Source of the DNA: an uncultured Dehalococcoidales bacterium
GTDB lineage: Bacteria > Chloroflexota > Dehalococcoidia > GIF9 > AB-539-J10
NCBI GenBank assembly: GCA_964545665.1
Contig: CAZJGF010000002.1
Coordinates: 1-38,061 of the forward strand
Reading direction: 5' to 3'
DNA: 38,061 nt
Positions 26,831 to 35,030 of the stretch are shown here, one piece after another. The notes below the pieces were generated by a model. The model had not been told where the DNA came from, searched no databases, and saw only the letters and a list, made by a program, of their open reading frames with translations. Made by a program: the position numbers and the translations under genes. Position 1 is the stretch's first letter, and each line of letters starts with the position of its first letter.

Positions 26831-29800
26831 CCAAGCTATCTATTTCCTGCATATTGAAATGCCTGATTGACATTGCTCCCGTCGGGCAAACAACGGCACA
26901 CGCCCCACATCCTTTACACAGGGCTTCATTTACGCTGGAGACCAAAAAAGTCCCATCCTTGCTAATAATCGTGGGAGCGTGGAAGGTGCAAATTTCCTCA
27001 CAGCGTCCACATCCATGACAAATGCTTTCATCCACTTGGGCTATGGCTGCCTCAGTGGTTACCTTGCCTCTGCTTATTAACGACAAAGCTTTGGATGCTG
27101 CGGCAGAAGCCTGGGCCACAGTATCAGGGATGTCCTTCGGTCCGGCACAGCAGCCAGCGATGAAAACTCCGTCTGTGGGCGTGTTTACCGGAGCAAGCTT
27201 GGGATGCGTTTCCAAGAAGAAGCCATCGGCTCTCTGACCTATGGTAAAACGACTGGCGATATCGGCTGCATCAGACCGAGCTTGCAGAGCAGCACAGAGG
27301 ATAACCATATCCACCGGGACACGGATCATCCTCCCCAATAAGGTATCCTCAGCCAAGGCAACTAATTTCCCTCTCTCCTCTTCACTTATGGCCTGATCGG
27401 TTATCTTTGCCACCTTGCCTCGGATAAAATTGACTCCCATTTCCGAAACGTGCTGGTAGAATTCCTCATAGGCTTCTCCAAAGCACCTCATGTCAATATA
27501 GAATTCATATACATCGGCCTTGGTAAACTCTTTTATCAGCTCTGCATACTTGAGACCATACATGCAGCAAACCCTGGAGCAGTACTCATGGTAGTTTTTG
27601 TCTCGACTGCCGACACAGTGTACTATGGCTACACTTCCCGGTTCTCTGCCATCCTTAAGTTGAATTCGCCCCTGAGTTGGCCCGCCAGCACACGTTATCC
27701 TCTCAAATTCAAGTCCGGTTAGAACATTATCATACTTCTTATACCCGTATTGAGTCATGACACTGGGATCAAACTGGTCATAGCCAGTAGCCAGAATGAT
27801 TGAGCCTACCTCTACCTCAGCAAACTCCTCTTCCATGCCATGGTTAATCGCCCCTTGCTCACAGACCTTCAAGCACTCCAAACATTCCGAGCATACGCCA
27901 CAGTTGAGACAGCGTTTAGCCTCCTCTACGGCTGTTTCTTCGTCAAAGCCTTGTTCAACCTCAGCAAAGGAGCTTTTTCTCTGGTCAAGGCTAAGCAGCG
28001 GCATGCTGGCTCTTGCCTTTGGTTTGACTCCTTCCGTCGATACCTGTTCTACCTTTTTGGACGCTATTTGTCTTCCCTCGGTTAGGCTAATACCTTTCAG
28101 ATATCGATCGATAGAAATAGCTGCCTCTTTGCCGGCGGCGATGGCTGCAATTACGTCACCGGGGCCGGAGACCGCGTCGCCACCGGCGAAAACGCCATGG
28201 ATGTTTGTTTGCAAGGTAGGAGGGGCGACTTCAAGGGTGCCCCAACCAGTATAGTCCAATTCTTTAGGCAGCATTGTCTTATCCACAGCCTGACCAACAG
28301 CGATGATAAGATTGTCCACATCCATGGTGAACTCTGAGCCTTTGATGGGTACCGGACGGTTACGGCCGCTAGCATCAGGCGTGCCCAACTCCATCCTGAT
28401 ACACTCAATAGCTGTCAATTGACCATCCTCGGATAGGATTTTAACTGGCCCCGCCAGGAAGTGGATCTTGACTCCTTCTCGCTTGGCTTCCTCAACCTCG
28501 GTCCCGATAGCAGGCATTTCAAGCTGAGAGCGGCGATAGACTACAGTCACCTCTTTAGCCCCAAGGCGTGAAGCTAATCTAGCAGCATCGATAGCGGCGT
28601 TGCCGCCACCAATGACTACCACCCGCTCCCCTAAACTAATCTTCACGCCAGAATTTGCCATTCTGAGAAAGTCGAGGGCATGGATTACTCCGCCTGTTTC
28701 TTCACCAGAGACTCCTGTCTTTTGGCTTTCCTGACAACCGTTGCCTAGTAAAATGGCTGTATATCCCTGGTTGAAGATCTCGCCGATGTCTTTAACTGGC
28801 GTATTTGTCCTGATCTCAACCCCCAGTTCTTGTATGTAATTTATCTCGTTATCCACTATTTCTTTGGGCAATCTGTATGCGGGGATGCCATACCTTAGCA
28901 GGCCACCTGGCTGAGGAAGTGCCTCGAACACAGTGACTGCATAACCCTCCCTAACCAAATCGTAAGCACAGGCAAGTCCGGCAGGGCCAGAGCCAACAAT
29001 AGCCACTTTACCCTCTTTTGTCCTTTCAACTGGAGCTGCTCTTTCCCTCCTGAGCCTCAGCTCATAATCAGCAATGAAGCGCTTCAGGCTTCGAATGGCG
29101 ATGGATTCGTCAAACCGCCCTCGCTCGCAGTCCAGTTCACAAGGATGCGTACAGACCCGTCCAACAACCCCGGCAAAAGGCATTGTCCTTCTGACTACTT
29201 CAAGGGCTTCTTTGAACTTGCCCTGGGAAATAAGTGCGACATAGCCTTGAGCATTGACTCCAGCGGGACAAGCAATGCGGCACGGCGCGGTGCCTCTCTT
29301 GTCAATGGCAAAAGCGGCAGGGACAGCTTGGGGGAGGGGAAGATAAGCTGCCTTTCTCATGTGCAGGCCCATTTCAAACTCGTCAGGCACCTCAACAGGA
29401 CATACTTTGGCGCATTCCCCACATGAGTTACATTTAACAACGTCCACATACCTGGGCTTCTTCCTCACTTTGACTTTGAAATTGCCGATATAGCCTGAAA
29501 CCTCTTCTACTTCGCTAGAGGTCATTAATTCGATGTTAGGGTGATGACCGACGTCGGTCATCTTAGGTGTGAGAATGCATTCCGAACAGTCCAAAGTAGG
29601 GAAAGTCCTGTCAAGCTGAATCATATGTCCACCAATGGATGGTTCCCGTTCCACTACATAGACTTTCTTGCCCCCATCAGCGATATCTAAAGCAGCCTGA
29701 ATTCCAGCGATGCCGCCGCCCACAACCAAGACATTAGGATTCACTGGAACTTCCTTAATCTCCAGAGGCTCATGCCAGTAAACGCGCCTTATTGCAGCGC

Positions 29801-30167
29801 GTACAAGAGCCTTGGCCTTCTCTGTAGCTCGCTTCTTGTCTGCAGCATGGGGCCAAGAACAGTGCTCCCTGATATTGGCATGCTCATATAAGTAAGGATT
29901 TAACCCGGCATCTTGGCAAGCTTTGCGGAACGTAGGTTCATGCATCCTTGGTGAGCAGGAAGCAACCACAACTCGATTGAGCCCTAGCTCTTTGATATCA
30001 TTTTTGATGAGATCCTGCCCGGGATCCGAGCACATATACCTGTAGTCACGCGAAATCACTACATTAGGCAAGGTTGTCGCATATTTGACCACCTCCTCAC
30101 AATCCACTGTACCGGCAATATTTAATCCACAGTGGCAAACGTATACTCCGATCTTTACCTCTTCCAT
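26799..30167 (-). CDS. hdrL: Large HdrA-type protein (HdrL-like): complete HdrA with a GltD/NfnB/SudA-type NAD(P)H:FAD module inserted in the inserted-ferredoxin domain
   Basis: 1122 aa. HdrA parts: IGVYVCHCGLNIA, VLVVGGGIAGIQAA, TFPTLDCSECILTPK, CNSCGECAKVCP, [insert], CLNCGVCSECLECLKVC, VHCVGSRDKNYHEYCSRVCC, C-terminal CHGCGRCEEIC...CKGCGACAVVCP. The insert (aa ~290-750, nt ~27918-29300) reads CRIACPAG...GRVCTHPCELDCERG, KVAIVGSGPAGLACAYDL, RVVVIGGGNAAIDAAR, GVFAGGDAVSGPGDVIAAIAAGKEAA. Confidence 0.8.
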   Translation of the reverse strand: MEEVKIGVYVCHCGLNIAGTVDCEEVVKYATTLPNVVISRDYRYMCSDPGQDLIKNDIKELGLNRVVVASCSPRMHEPTFRKACQDAGLNPYLYEHANIREHCSWPHAADKKRATEKAKALVRAAIRRVYWHEPLEIKEVPVNPNVLVVGGGIAGIQAALDIADGGKKVYVVEREPSIGGHMIQLDRTFPTLDCSECILTPKMTDVGHHPNIELMTSSEVEEVSGYIGNFKVKVRKKPRYVDVVKCNSCGECAKVCPVEVPDEFEMGLHMRKAAYLPLPQAVPAAFAIDKRGTAPCRIACPAGVNAQGYVALISQGKFKEALEVVRRTMPFAGVVGRVCTHPCELDCERGRFDESIAIRSLKRFIADYELRLRRERAAPVERTKEGKVAIVGSGPAGLACAYDLVREGYAVTVFEALPQPGGLLRYGIPAYRLPKEIVDNEINYIQELGVEIRTNTPVKDIGEIFNQGYTAILLGNGCQESQKTGVSGEETGGVIHALDFLRMANSGVKISLGERVVVIGGGNAAIDAARLASRLGAKEVTVVYRRSQLEMPAIGTEVEEAKREGVKIHFLAGPVKILSEDGQLTAIECIRMELGTPDASGRNRPVPIKGSEFTMDVDNLIIAVGQAVDKTMLPKELDYTGWGTLEVAPPTLQTNIHGVFAGGDAVSGPGDVIAAIAAGKEAAISIDRYLKGISLTEGRQIASKKVEQVSTEGVKPKARASMPLLSLDQRKSSFAEVEQGFDEETAVEEAKRCLNCGVCSECLECLKVCEQGAINHGMEEEFAEVEVGSIILATGYDQFDPSVMTQYGYKKYDNVLTGLEFERITCAGGPTQGRIQLKDGREPGSVAIVHCVGSRDKNYHEYCSRVCCMYGLKYAELIKEFTKADVYEFYIDMRCFGEAYEEFYQHVSEMGVNFIRGKVAKITDQAISEEERGKLVALAEDTLLGRMIRVPVDMVILCAALQARSDAADIASRFTIGQRADGFFLETHPKLAPVNTPTDGVFIAGCCAGPKDIPDTVAQASAAASKALSLISRGKVTTEAAIAQVDESICHGCGRCEEICTFHAPTIISKDGTFLVSSVNEALCKGCGACAVVCPTGAMSIRHFNMQEIDSLVDGLLEAYRG

Positions 30168-30185
30168 ATCTACTCCAGCTTGTCG

Positions 30186-31334
30186 CTACATTGCCTCCTG
30201 AACTAATTCTGTAATATCCTTGATTTCAATAGTTTCGCCCTTATCCACTCTCAACTGACTATCTTTCAACATGCACATACAATAAGGACAGGCAACAGCT
30301 AATACCTCGGCTCCAGTTGCCAGAGCTTGTTGTAATCTAAGGTCGGCAAATCTTTCCTCTCTCCTGACACCCATCCATATGCCTCCCCCTCCGCCACCAC
30401 AACAAAGACTGTTTTCCCCGAAATCCGACATTTCAACCAGCTCGAGACCAGGAATGCTCCTTAGGACCTCCCGAGGCTCATCATATATGCCGTTATGCCG
30501 ACCAAGGTAGCATGGATCATGATATGTAACCCTCTTATTCAGTTCCTTGGTAGGCTTTATCCTCTGCTCCTTAATGAGTTCTAATAGAAGCTGGGTAGAA
30601 TGAATCACTTCAAATTTGCCTCCGAACTCCGGGTATTCATTTTTGAAAGTGTGATAGCAATGGGGCGAAGAAACAAGGATTTGCTTGACGCCGCTCTCAA
30701 CAAAAGCAGCAATATTGTTCCTTGCTAGCATTTCGAATACGTCTTCATTTCCCAACTTACGGGTGCTCTCACCACAGCAATTTTCTTTACTGCCCAAGAT
30801 GCCAAAATCCACTTGCGCCTTTTTCAGGATATCCACTGTAGCGAGGGCTATCCCCCTCTCCGCCGGTTCATATATGGAGAAGCAACAAGGGAAAAACGAT
30901 AGTGCAGTGCCCGGACCAGATTTCTTCACTCCCAAACCCTTAGCCCAGTCATCCCGCTTTCCCGGCTCCTGACCGAATGGATTGCCCGCACCAGCGATAT
31001 TCTTGACTGTGATTCGAAGGGCATCAGGAACAGCGCCAACGCCTAAACTAACTACAGCTCGGCGCAACGCCCTCATAATGTCGATTATCTCTACGCCACG
31101 AGGGCAGCTCTGGACACAAGCCCGACAAGTGGCACAAAGCCACAGCTCATCACTCTCAAAATCTGTCGCGCCAAGCTGGGCCTCGTGAATAATACGGCGA
31201 ACAATAAAGCTTCGAACCAGATTCCAGGGACAATTAGCAGTGCAAATGCCACATTGGTAACACAATCTCAGAGGGTCACCACCAGCCTCTAGTATCACGT
31301 TTGTGGCTTCTTTGTAAGGAGCTAGCACCTGCAT
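30186..31334 (-). CDS. HdrD-like protein (HdrC-type ferredoxin + double CCG domain), first gene of the long operon
   Basis: 382 aa. CYQCGICTANCP, CATCRACVQSCP, ENCCGES, SLCCGGGGG, ACPYCMCM. Weak SD; the start is taken from the track. Confidence 0.75.
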   Translation of the reverse strand: MQVLAPYKEATNVILEAGGDPLRLCYQCGICTANCPWNLVRSFIVRRIIHEAQLGATDFESDELWLCATCRACVQSCPRGVEIIDIMRALRRAVVSLGVGAVPDALRITVKNIAGAGNPFGQEPGKRDDWAKGLGVKKSGPGTALSFFPCCFSIYEPAERGIALATVDILKKAQVDFGILGSKENCCGESTRKLGNEDVFEMLARNNIAAFVESGVKQILVSSPHCYHTFKNEYPEFGGKFEVIHSTQLLLELIKEQRIKPTKELNKRVTYHDPCYLGRHNGIYDEPREVLRSIPGLELVEMSDFGENSLCCGGGGGGIWMGVRREERFADLRLQQALATGAEVLAVACPYCMCMLKDSQLRVDKGETIEIKDITELVQEAM

Positions 31335-31366
31335 GGAACTTTGGCCCTGGTCCTATAAGAATCAGA

Positions 31367-31410
31367 CAAAAAATGGAGGAGTAGCTATCTTGAAAACCTT
31401 GTAGCTACCC
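31367..31410 (-). terminator. Hairpin plus T6 tract in the leader of the hdr operon (terminator/attenuator candidate)
   Basis: Minus strand reads GGGTAGCTA-(14 nt)-TAGCTACTCC: 9 bp including one G.U, with the final C of the second arm left unpaired. It is followed by TCCATTTTTTG and lies ~33 nt upstream of the ATG at 31334, downstream of the candidate promoter. Confidence 0.3.
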
Positions 31411-31446
31411 TTTTTCTCCACAGAATGAATTGAAGCACGGCCAGTG

Positions 31447-31476
31447 AGTATAACAAAATATTACTGGTGAAAGCAA
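31447..31476 (-). promoter_or_regulatory. Candidate sigma-70-type promoter with extended -10 for the 16-gene hdr operon
   Basis: Minus strand reads TTGCTT (31471-31476), 18-nt spacer, TGT-TATACT (-10 at 31447-31452). It has the same TGnTATACT form as the candidate at 11792-11800. Confidence 0.35.
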
Positions 31477-31741
31477 ATTCTCGGCGATAGTATGGTTATA
31501 GATGTTTCAAGAACCCTTCTAATGGAGCCCCCTGATCATCTAGGATTAGGAGCATAAGGGAAACTCCTGATTATGCCGCTATTCTGAGGCTCTGCGTGGG
31601 CCAAACCAGAATCGGTCTAAAACAAAGCAGTTGTTATTCTAAGGGAAGAGAGCTAGGTGTCTCACTAAGAATACATCTCCCCCCTTTTGTGCCACTGGAA
31701 CTTTCTGGCTAACTCTTTTACTACAACCCTAACCAACTTGG

Positions 31742-32761
31742 CTATGCCTCAGCCCTTTGTCCCTTTTTACGCAGTGCCTCTCGGCGAGCTGCTAGCTTAG
31801 TCAATTTTTGGTCTAAAGCGTCCTGCATAAACTGGCCAAATTCACAAGCTGAGCATTGGAACAGACGGGTGCAAAGTCGATAAGAGACGTCACCCTTTAG
31901 AGCATAACGGCAAAGTCTCTGACTTCCCGGCAGTTCCTTAAACCTCTCCAGAGCCTTATCGATTTCCGGAGCTTCGCCAGCGGCTATTTTCTCTTGCATC
32001 ATCTGGTCAAACTCGCAGGTAAGGCAGTCATAATTCCGGGTGCAGACCCTGTAAGAGACCATGCCCATCTTTGACCAGACGCACTCATTGACTTTCACCA
32101 CCTGTTCGACAGCAGCCTCATCTTCAGGCACCTCAACCCTTGGCTTGGCCAGTTCTTCCTTCGTCCTTTGGATCCAAACTCGGGTTTCCATGTGGCCCGG
32201 AGCGATATGGAGAATAGACTGGAATTCCCTCAACGCTTTCTCATAGCGGCCTGCCCTGAAGCAAGTTTTGCCTTGCTCGAGGTAAGCAGGGATTTCTTCC
32301 TCAGTTATGGCTATGGTTTGCTCAACCTCGGCTTCTTCGACCACTGAAGCTTCCGTTATCGCTGCTTCAACCTTCGCCTCCTCAGGTTTTACCTCTACCT
32401 GAATAGGGCCGAGAACCTCCTGAATTGATTTTTCCAGAGCATCGGGGGCAAAGGGCTTAACCAAGTAATCAACTGCTCCGATTTTCATTGCCTCTACTGC
32501 TGTCTCCATCGAAGGATAAGCGGTGATGATGATTCCTTTAAGCTTTGGGTTTTGCGCTGTGGCCTCTTTCAGCAGCTCAAGCCCATTTTTCCCTGGCAGC
32601 CTTAGATCAAGAACGACAACGCCAAATCCCCTCTTTCCAATTTCTTGCAACGCCTCTTCGCCTTCCTGGGCAGTTTCCACCTCATAGCCCCTATCCTTAA
32701 GCCAGTCTCGAAGCGACTCGCGCATGATGGCTTCATCTTCAACGATCAATACTGATTTCAT
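31742..32761 (-). CDS. Response-regulator receiver protein with a TPR-like motif and a duplicated C-x12-C-x5-C-x2-C-E-F C-terminal module (no recognisable DNA-binding domain)
   Basis: The ATG at 32759-32761 has GGAGG 8 nt upstream (the track starts 9 nt earlier at a GTG). REC hallmarks: VEDE, VLDLRLPG (acceptor Asp), ITAYPS, VKPF. TPR-like AYLEQGKTCFRAGRYEKALREFQSILHIAPGH. The two Cys repeats are ECVWSKMGMVSYRVCTRNYDCLTCEFDQMMQ and RLCRYALKGDVSYRLCTRLFQCSACEFGQFMQ. Confidence 0.85.
   Translation of the reverse strand: MKSVLIVEDEAIMRESLRDWLKDRGYEVETAQEGEEALQEIGKRGFGVVVLDLRLPGKNGLELLKEATAQNPKLKGIIITAYPSMETAVEAMKIGAVDYLVKPFAPDALEKSIQEVLGPIQVEVKPEEAKVEAAITEASVVEEAEVEQTIAITEEEIPAYLEQGKTCFRAGRYEKALREFQSILHIAPGHMETRVWIQRTKEELAKPRVEVPEDEAAVEQVVKVNECVWSKMGMVSYRVCTRNYDCLTCEFDQMMQEKIAAGEAPEIDKALERFKELPGSQRLCRYALKGDVSYRLCTRLFQCSACEFGQFMQDALDQKLTKLAARREALRKKGQRAEA
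32360..32761 (-). repeat. REC-plus-linker coding repeat, copy A (paralogous to 34629-35030)
   Basis: Protein segments are collinear and highly similar, including the linker VLGP(I/V)QVE(V/I)(K/R)PEE(A/T)KVEAA. In a 61-nt stretch aligned by eye (32701-32761 vs 34970-35030), 53/61 positions match. Confidence 0.8.
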
Positions 32762-32819
32762 TTCTTCCACCTCCTTTCACCCTTTGGTGTCGCAGTCTTT
32801 CAGCCAACTCCTTTCGTTT

Positions 32820-35030
32820 TCACATCAGCACTCCCTCAATTTCAGCCGTAATCTGCTCAGTGGTAGAGTTACTGATGGTAATGGCCTCACTAGGGCAGGC
32901 AGCACTACATGCACCGCATCGCTTACATTTAAGGTCATCTATAACTGATACTACCCCTTTATTAGATTCCACTAGTTTGATGGCGTCATAGCTACATACG
33001 GCGGCACAAATTCCACAGCCACTGCACACATCCTGGTTGACTTCAATTTCTGCTATCTCAGGCTGAACTCCCAGTGCCACACATGCTTTACAGCTCTTAC
33101 ATGGACCGCAGTCCAGACACCTCCTGGCCTCTTCCACTGCTTCTTCCAAGGTGAACCCCTTTTTAAACAGTTCAAAGTTCATCCTCTCTAGTAACCATTC
33201 CGATTCAGGCTGAGGCTTGTATTCCATAAGCTTGGGGATAGCAGCGGCTTCATACTGCTTCTCTCTACCCAGCTTCAGGTCTTCACCCCTCAGGTAGCGG
33301 TCGATGGACTCCGCTGCTATCACCCCATCTCTCATTGCTTCTGCGGCAAAACCTACTCGTCTCACATCGCCGCCGACAAAAACCCCTTCCTTACGATTGC
33401 TCATGAGAGTGAGGGGATCGATATCGAGCCTGCCTCTCTCATTCACCAGCCCTTCTTGGGAAAAGAATGTCCGCTCTGGACCTTGCCCTATAGTAACCAG
33501 CAGCACATCGCCCTCAAGATATATTGCAGCGCTGTGGTCAAACTTAGGATTAAATCCGCTTTCGTCAAAGACCGAGGTGCATCGGGGACACTTTATTTTC
33601 TTGAATTTCCCATCCTCTCCGATTATCTCTTCTACACCTCGGGAGTAGTATATCTTTAATCCTTCCTCAGTAGCGCCTTCTATCTCCTCCACATCGGCCG
33701 GAATCCCATCCTTGGAAGATTTATCTTCATTTTCGAGGCAGACAATGGAAACATCTGCACCAAGCCGCCGTGCACTCCTTGCTGCATCAAATGCCACATT
33801 GCCACCGCCTATCACTATCACTCTCTCCTCTCGGAAGAGTTGCCGAAGGAGCTCTTGACAAAGCCTGTTTTGGTTCAGCTCGAAAAGGAGATGCAAACCA
33901 AAGGCGACTCCGCCGAGGTCTGCTCCATTTATTAGCTGCCCCTCCATACTCAGGGGTCTGGGAGAAGGAGTACCAGTAGCAATGAACACAGCTCGGTACC
34001 CCTCACTCTTAAGGTCATCCAGCGTTTCCCCGCCATTGCCCATTGTTGCTCCAAACTCAACATCAATATGGGCAATCCTTGCCAGATTATCTAAAGTGTT
34101 ATCTATAATATTGGTGGGAAGACGATATTGGGGGATATATCTCAACGCGCCTCCCAATTGTGAGCTCCTTTCCAGAATAGTCACCCGATAGCCCTTTTTG
34201 CTCAGTTTGTAAGCACACATCAGCCCTCCGGGGCCCCCACCGATCACCGCAACCTTTTCTCTGGTAGGATAGGGAAGTGGCGGTTTGGTTTCTAGATATG
34301 GAAGATAATGATCGGTGAGGAATCGTTTAAGCATCGTTCTTCTTATTGCCCCCGTCTGGTCTTTGTAATTGCATTCCTTCTCACAAAGCCCACAAATATA
34401 GCTGCATACCGTGAATAGAGGATTCTTGTCATAAATTTCATCACCTATCTCTATTATCTGGTTGTAAGCTCTCTCAGCATCCAAAGGAAGATACGCTATC
34501 ATTGTGTTAGTGCGCTGAATAGGCTCTCCGATAGGACAAGCTATCTGACAAGGAGGCAGACATACTTTCCCGGTTGCCTCGTCAATCACCTCCTCAACCA
34601 CCTCCTCAACTGCTGGAACTTCCACCACGGCTGCCTCAACCTTGGTCTCTTCAGGTCTTATCTCCACTTGAACCGGGCCGAGAACCTCCTGAATTGGTTT
34701 TTCCAGGGCATCAGGGGCAAAAGGCTTGACTATGTAATCGACTGCCCCGATTTTCATCGCCTCCACTGCAGTCTCAACCGAGGGATAAGCAGTAATAACA
34801 ATTCCCTTAAGCTTAGGGTTCTGCACCGTGGCCTCCCTCAACACCTCGAGCCCGTCTCTTCCTGGTAGCCTCAGATCGAGAACCGCAACACCAAATTCTC
34901 TCTCCCCAATCTTCTGCAATGCCTCTTCACCTTCTTCGGCAGTGTCCACTTCGTAGCCATCTTCTTTAAGCCAATCTCGGAGCGATTCTCGCATGATGGC
35001 CTCATCCTCAACGATCAATATTGGTTTCAT
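32820..35030 (-). CDS. Receiver (REC) domain fused to a GltD/NfnB/SudA-like FAD/NAD(P)H oxidoreductase and a C-terminal 2x[4Fe-4S] ferredoxin domain
   Basis: The ATG at 35028-35030 has AGGAGG ~9 nt upstream (the track starts at TTG 35060). REC: IVEDE, VLDLRLPG, ITAYPS, VKPF. Then CLPPCQIACPIG, CSYICGLCEKEC, KVAVIGGGPGGLMCAYKL, RVIVIGGGNVAFDAARSA, GVFVGGDV...AMRDGVIAAESIDRYL, RRCLDCGPCKSCKAC, CSGCGICAAVCS...CKRCGACSAACP. Confidence 0.85.
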   Translation of the reverse strand: MKPILIVEDEAIMRESLRDWLKEDGYEVDTAEEGEEALQKIGEREFGVAVLDLRLPGRDGLEVLREATVQNPKLKGIVITAYPSVETAVEAMKIGAVDYIVKPFAPDALEKPIQEVLGPVQVEIRPEETKVEAAVVEVPAVEEVVEEVIDEATGKVCLPPCQIACPIGEPIQRTNTMIAYLPLDAERAYNQIIEIGDEIYDKNPLFTVCSYICGLCEKECNYKDQTGAIRRTMLKRFLTDHYLPYLETKPPLPYPTREKVAVIGGGPGGLMCAYKLSKKGYRVTILERSSQLGGALRYIPQYRLPTNIIDNTLDNLARIAHIDVEFGATMGNGGETLDDLKSEGYRAVFIATGTPSPRPLSMEGQLINGADLGGVAFGLHLLFELNQNRLCQELLRQLFREERVIVIGGGNVAFDAARSARRLGADVSIVCLENEDKSSKDGIPADVEEIEGATEEGLKIYYSRGVEEIIGEDGKFKKIKCPRCTSVFDESGFNPKFDHSAAIYLEGDVLLVTIGQGPERTFFSQEGLVNERGRLDIDPLTLMSNRKEGVFVGGDVRRVGFAAEAMRDGVIAAESIDRYLRGEDLKLGREKQYEAAAIPKLMEYKPQPESEWLLERMNFELFKKGFTLEEAVEEARRCLDCGPCKSCKACVALGVQPEIAEIEVNQDVCSGCGICAAVCSYDAIKLVESNKGVVSVIDDLKCKRCGACSAACPSEAITISNSTTEQITAEIEGVLM
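34629..35030 (-). repeat. REC-plus-linker coding repeat, copy B (paralogous to 32360-32761)
   Basis: See copy A. The plus-strand shadow ORFs 32724..32948 and 34993..35307 both begin MMASSSTIN because they are antisense to the shared VEDEAIM codons. Confidence 0.8.

Noticed and set aside
2119-30972. Many plus-strand track ORFs of 60-177 aa inside the minus-strand genes (for example 2888..3421, 8325..8657, 9945..10313, 15909..16334, 27796..28254)
   Set aside because: They lie antisense to long, well-supported CDSs, have low-complexity Ser/Pro/Leu-rich translations, and lack recognisable motifs or SDs. They are shadow ORFs.
31680-31700. TGGCAC on the minus strand just downstream of the REC gene stop
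   Set aside because: It is followed by AAAAGGGGGG, so there is no TTGC/GC -12 element at the correct spacing.
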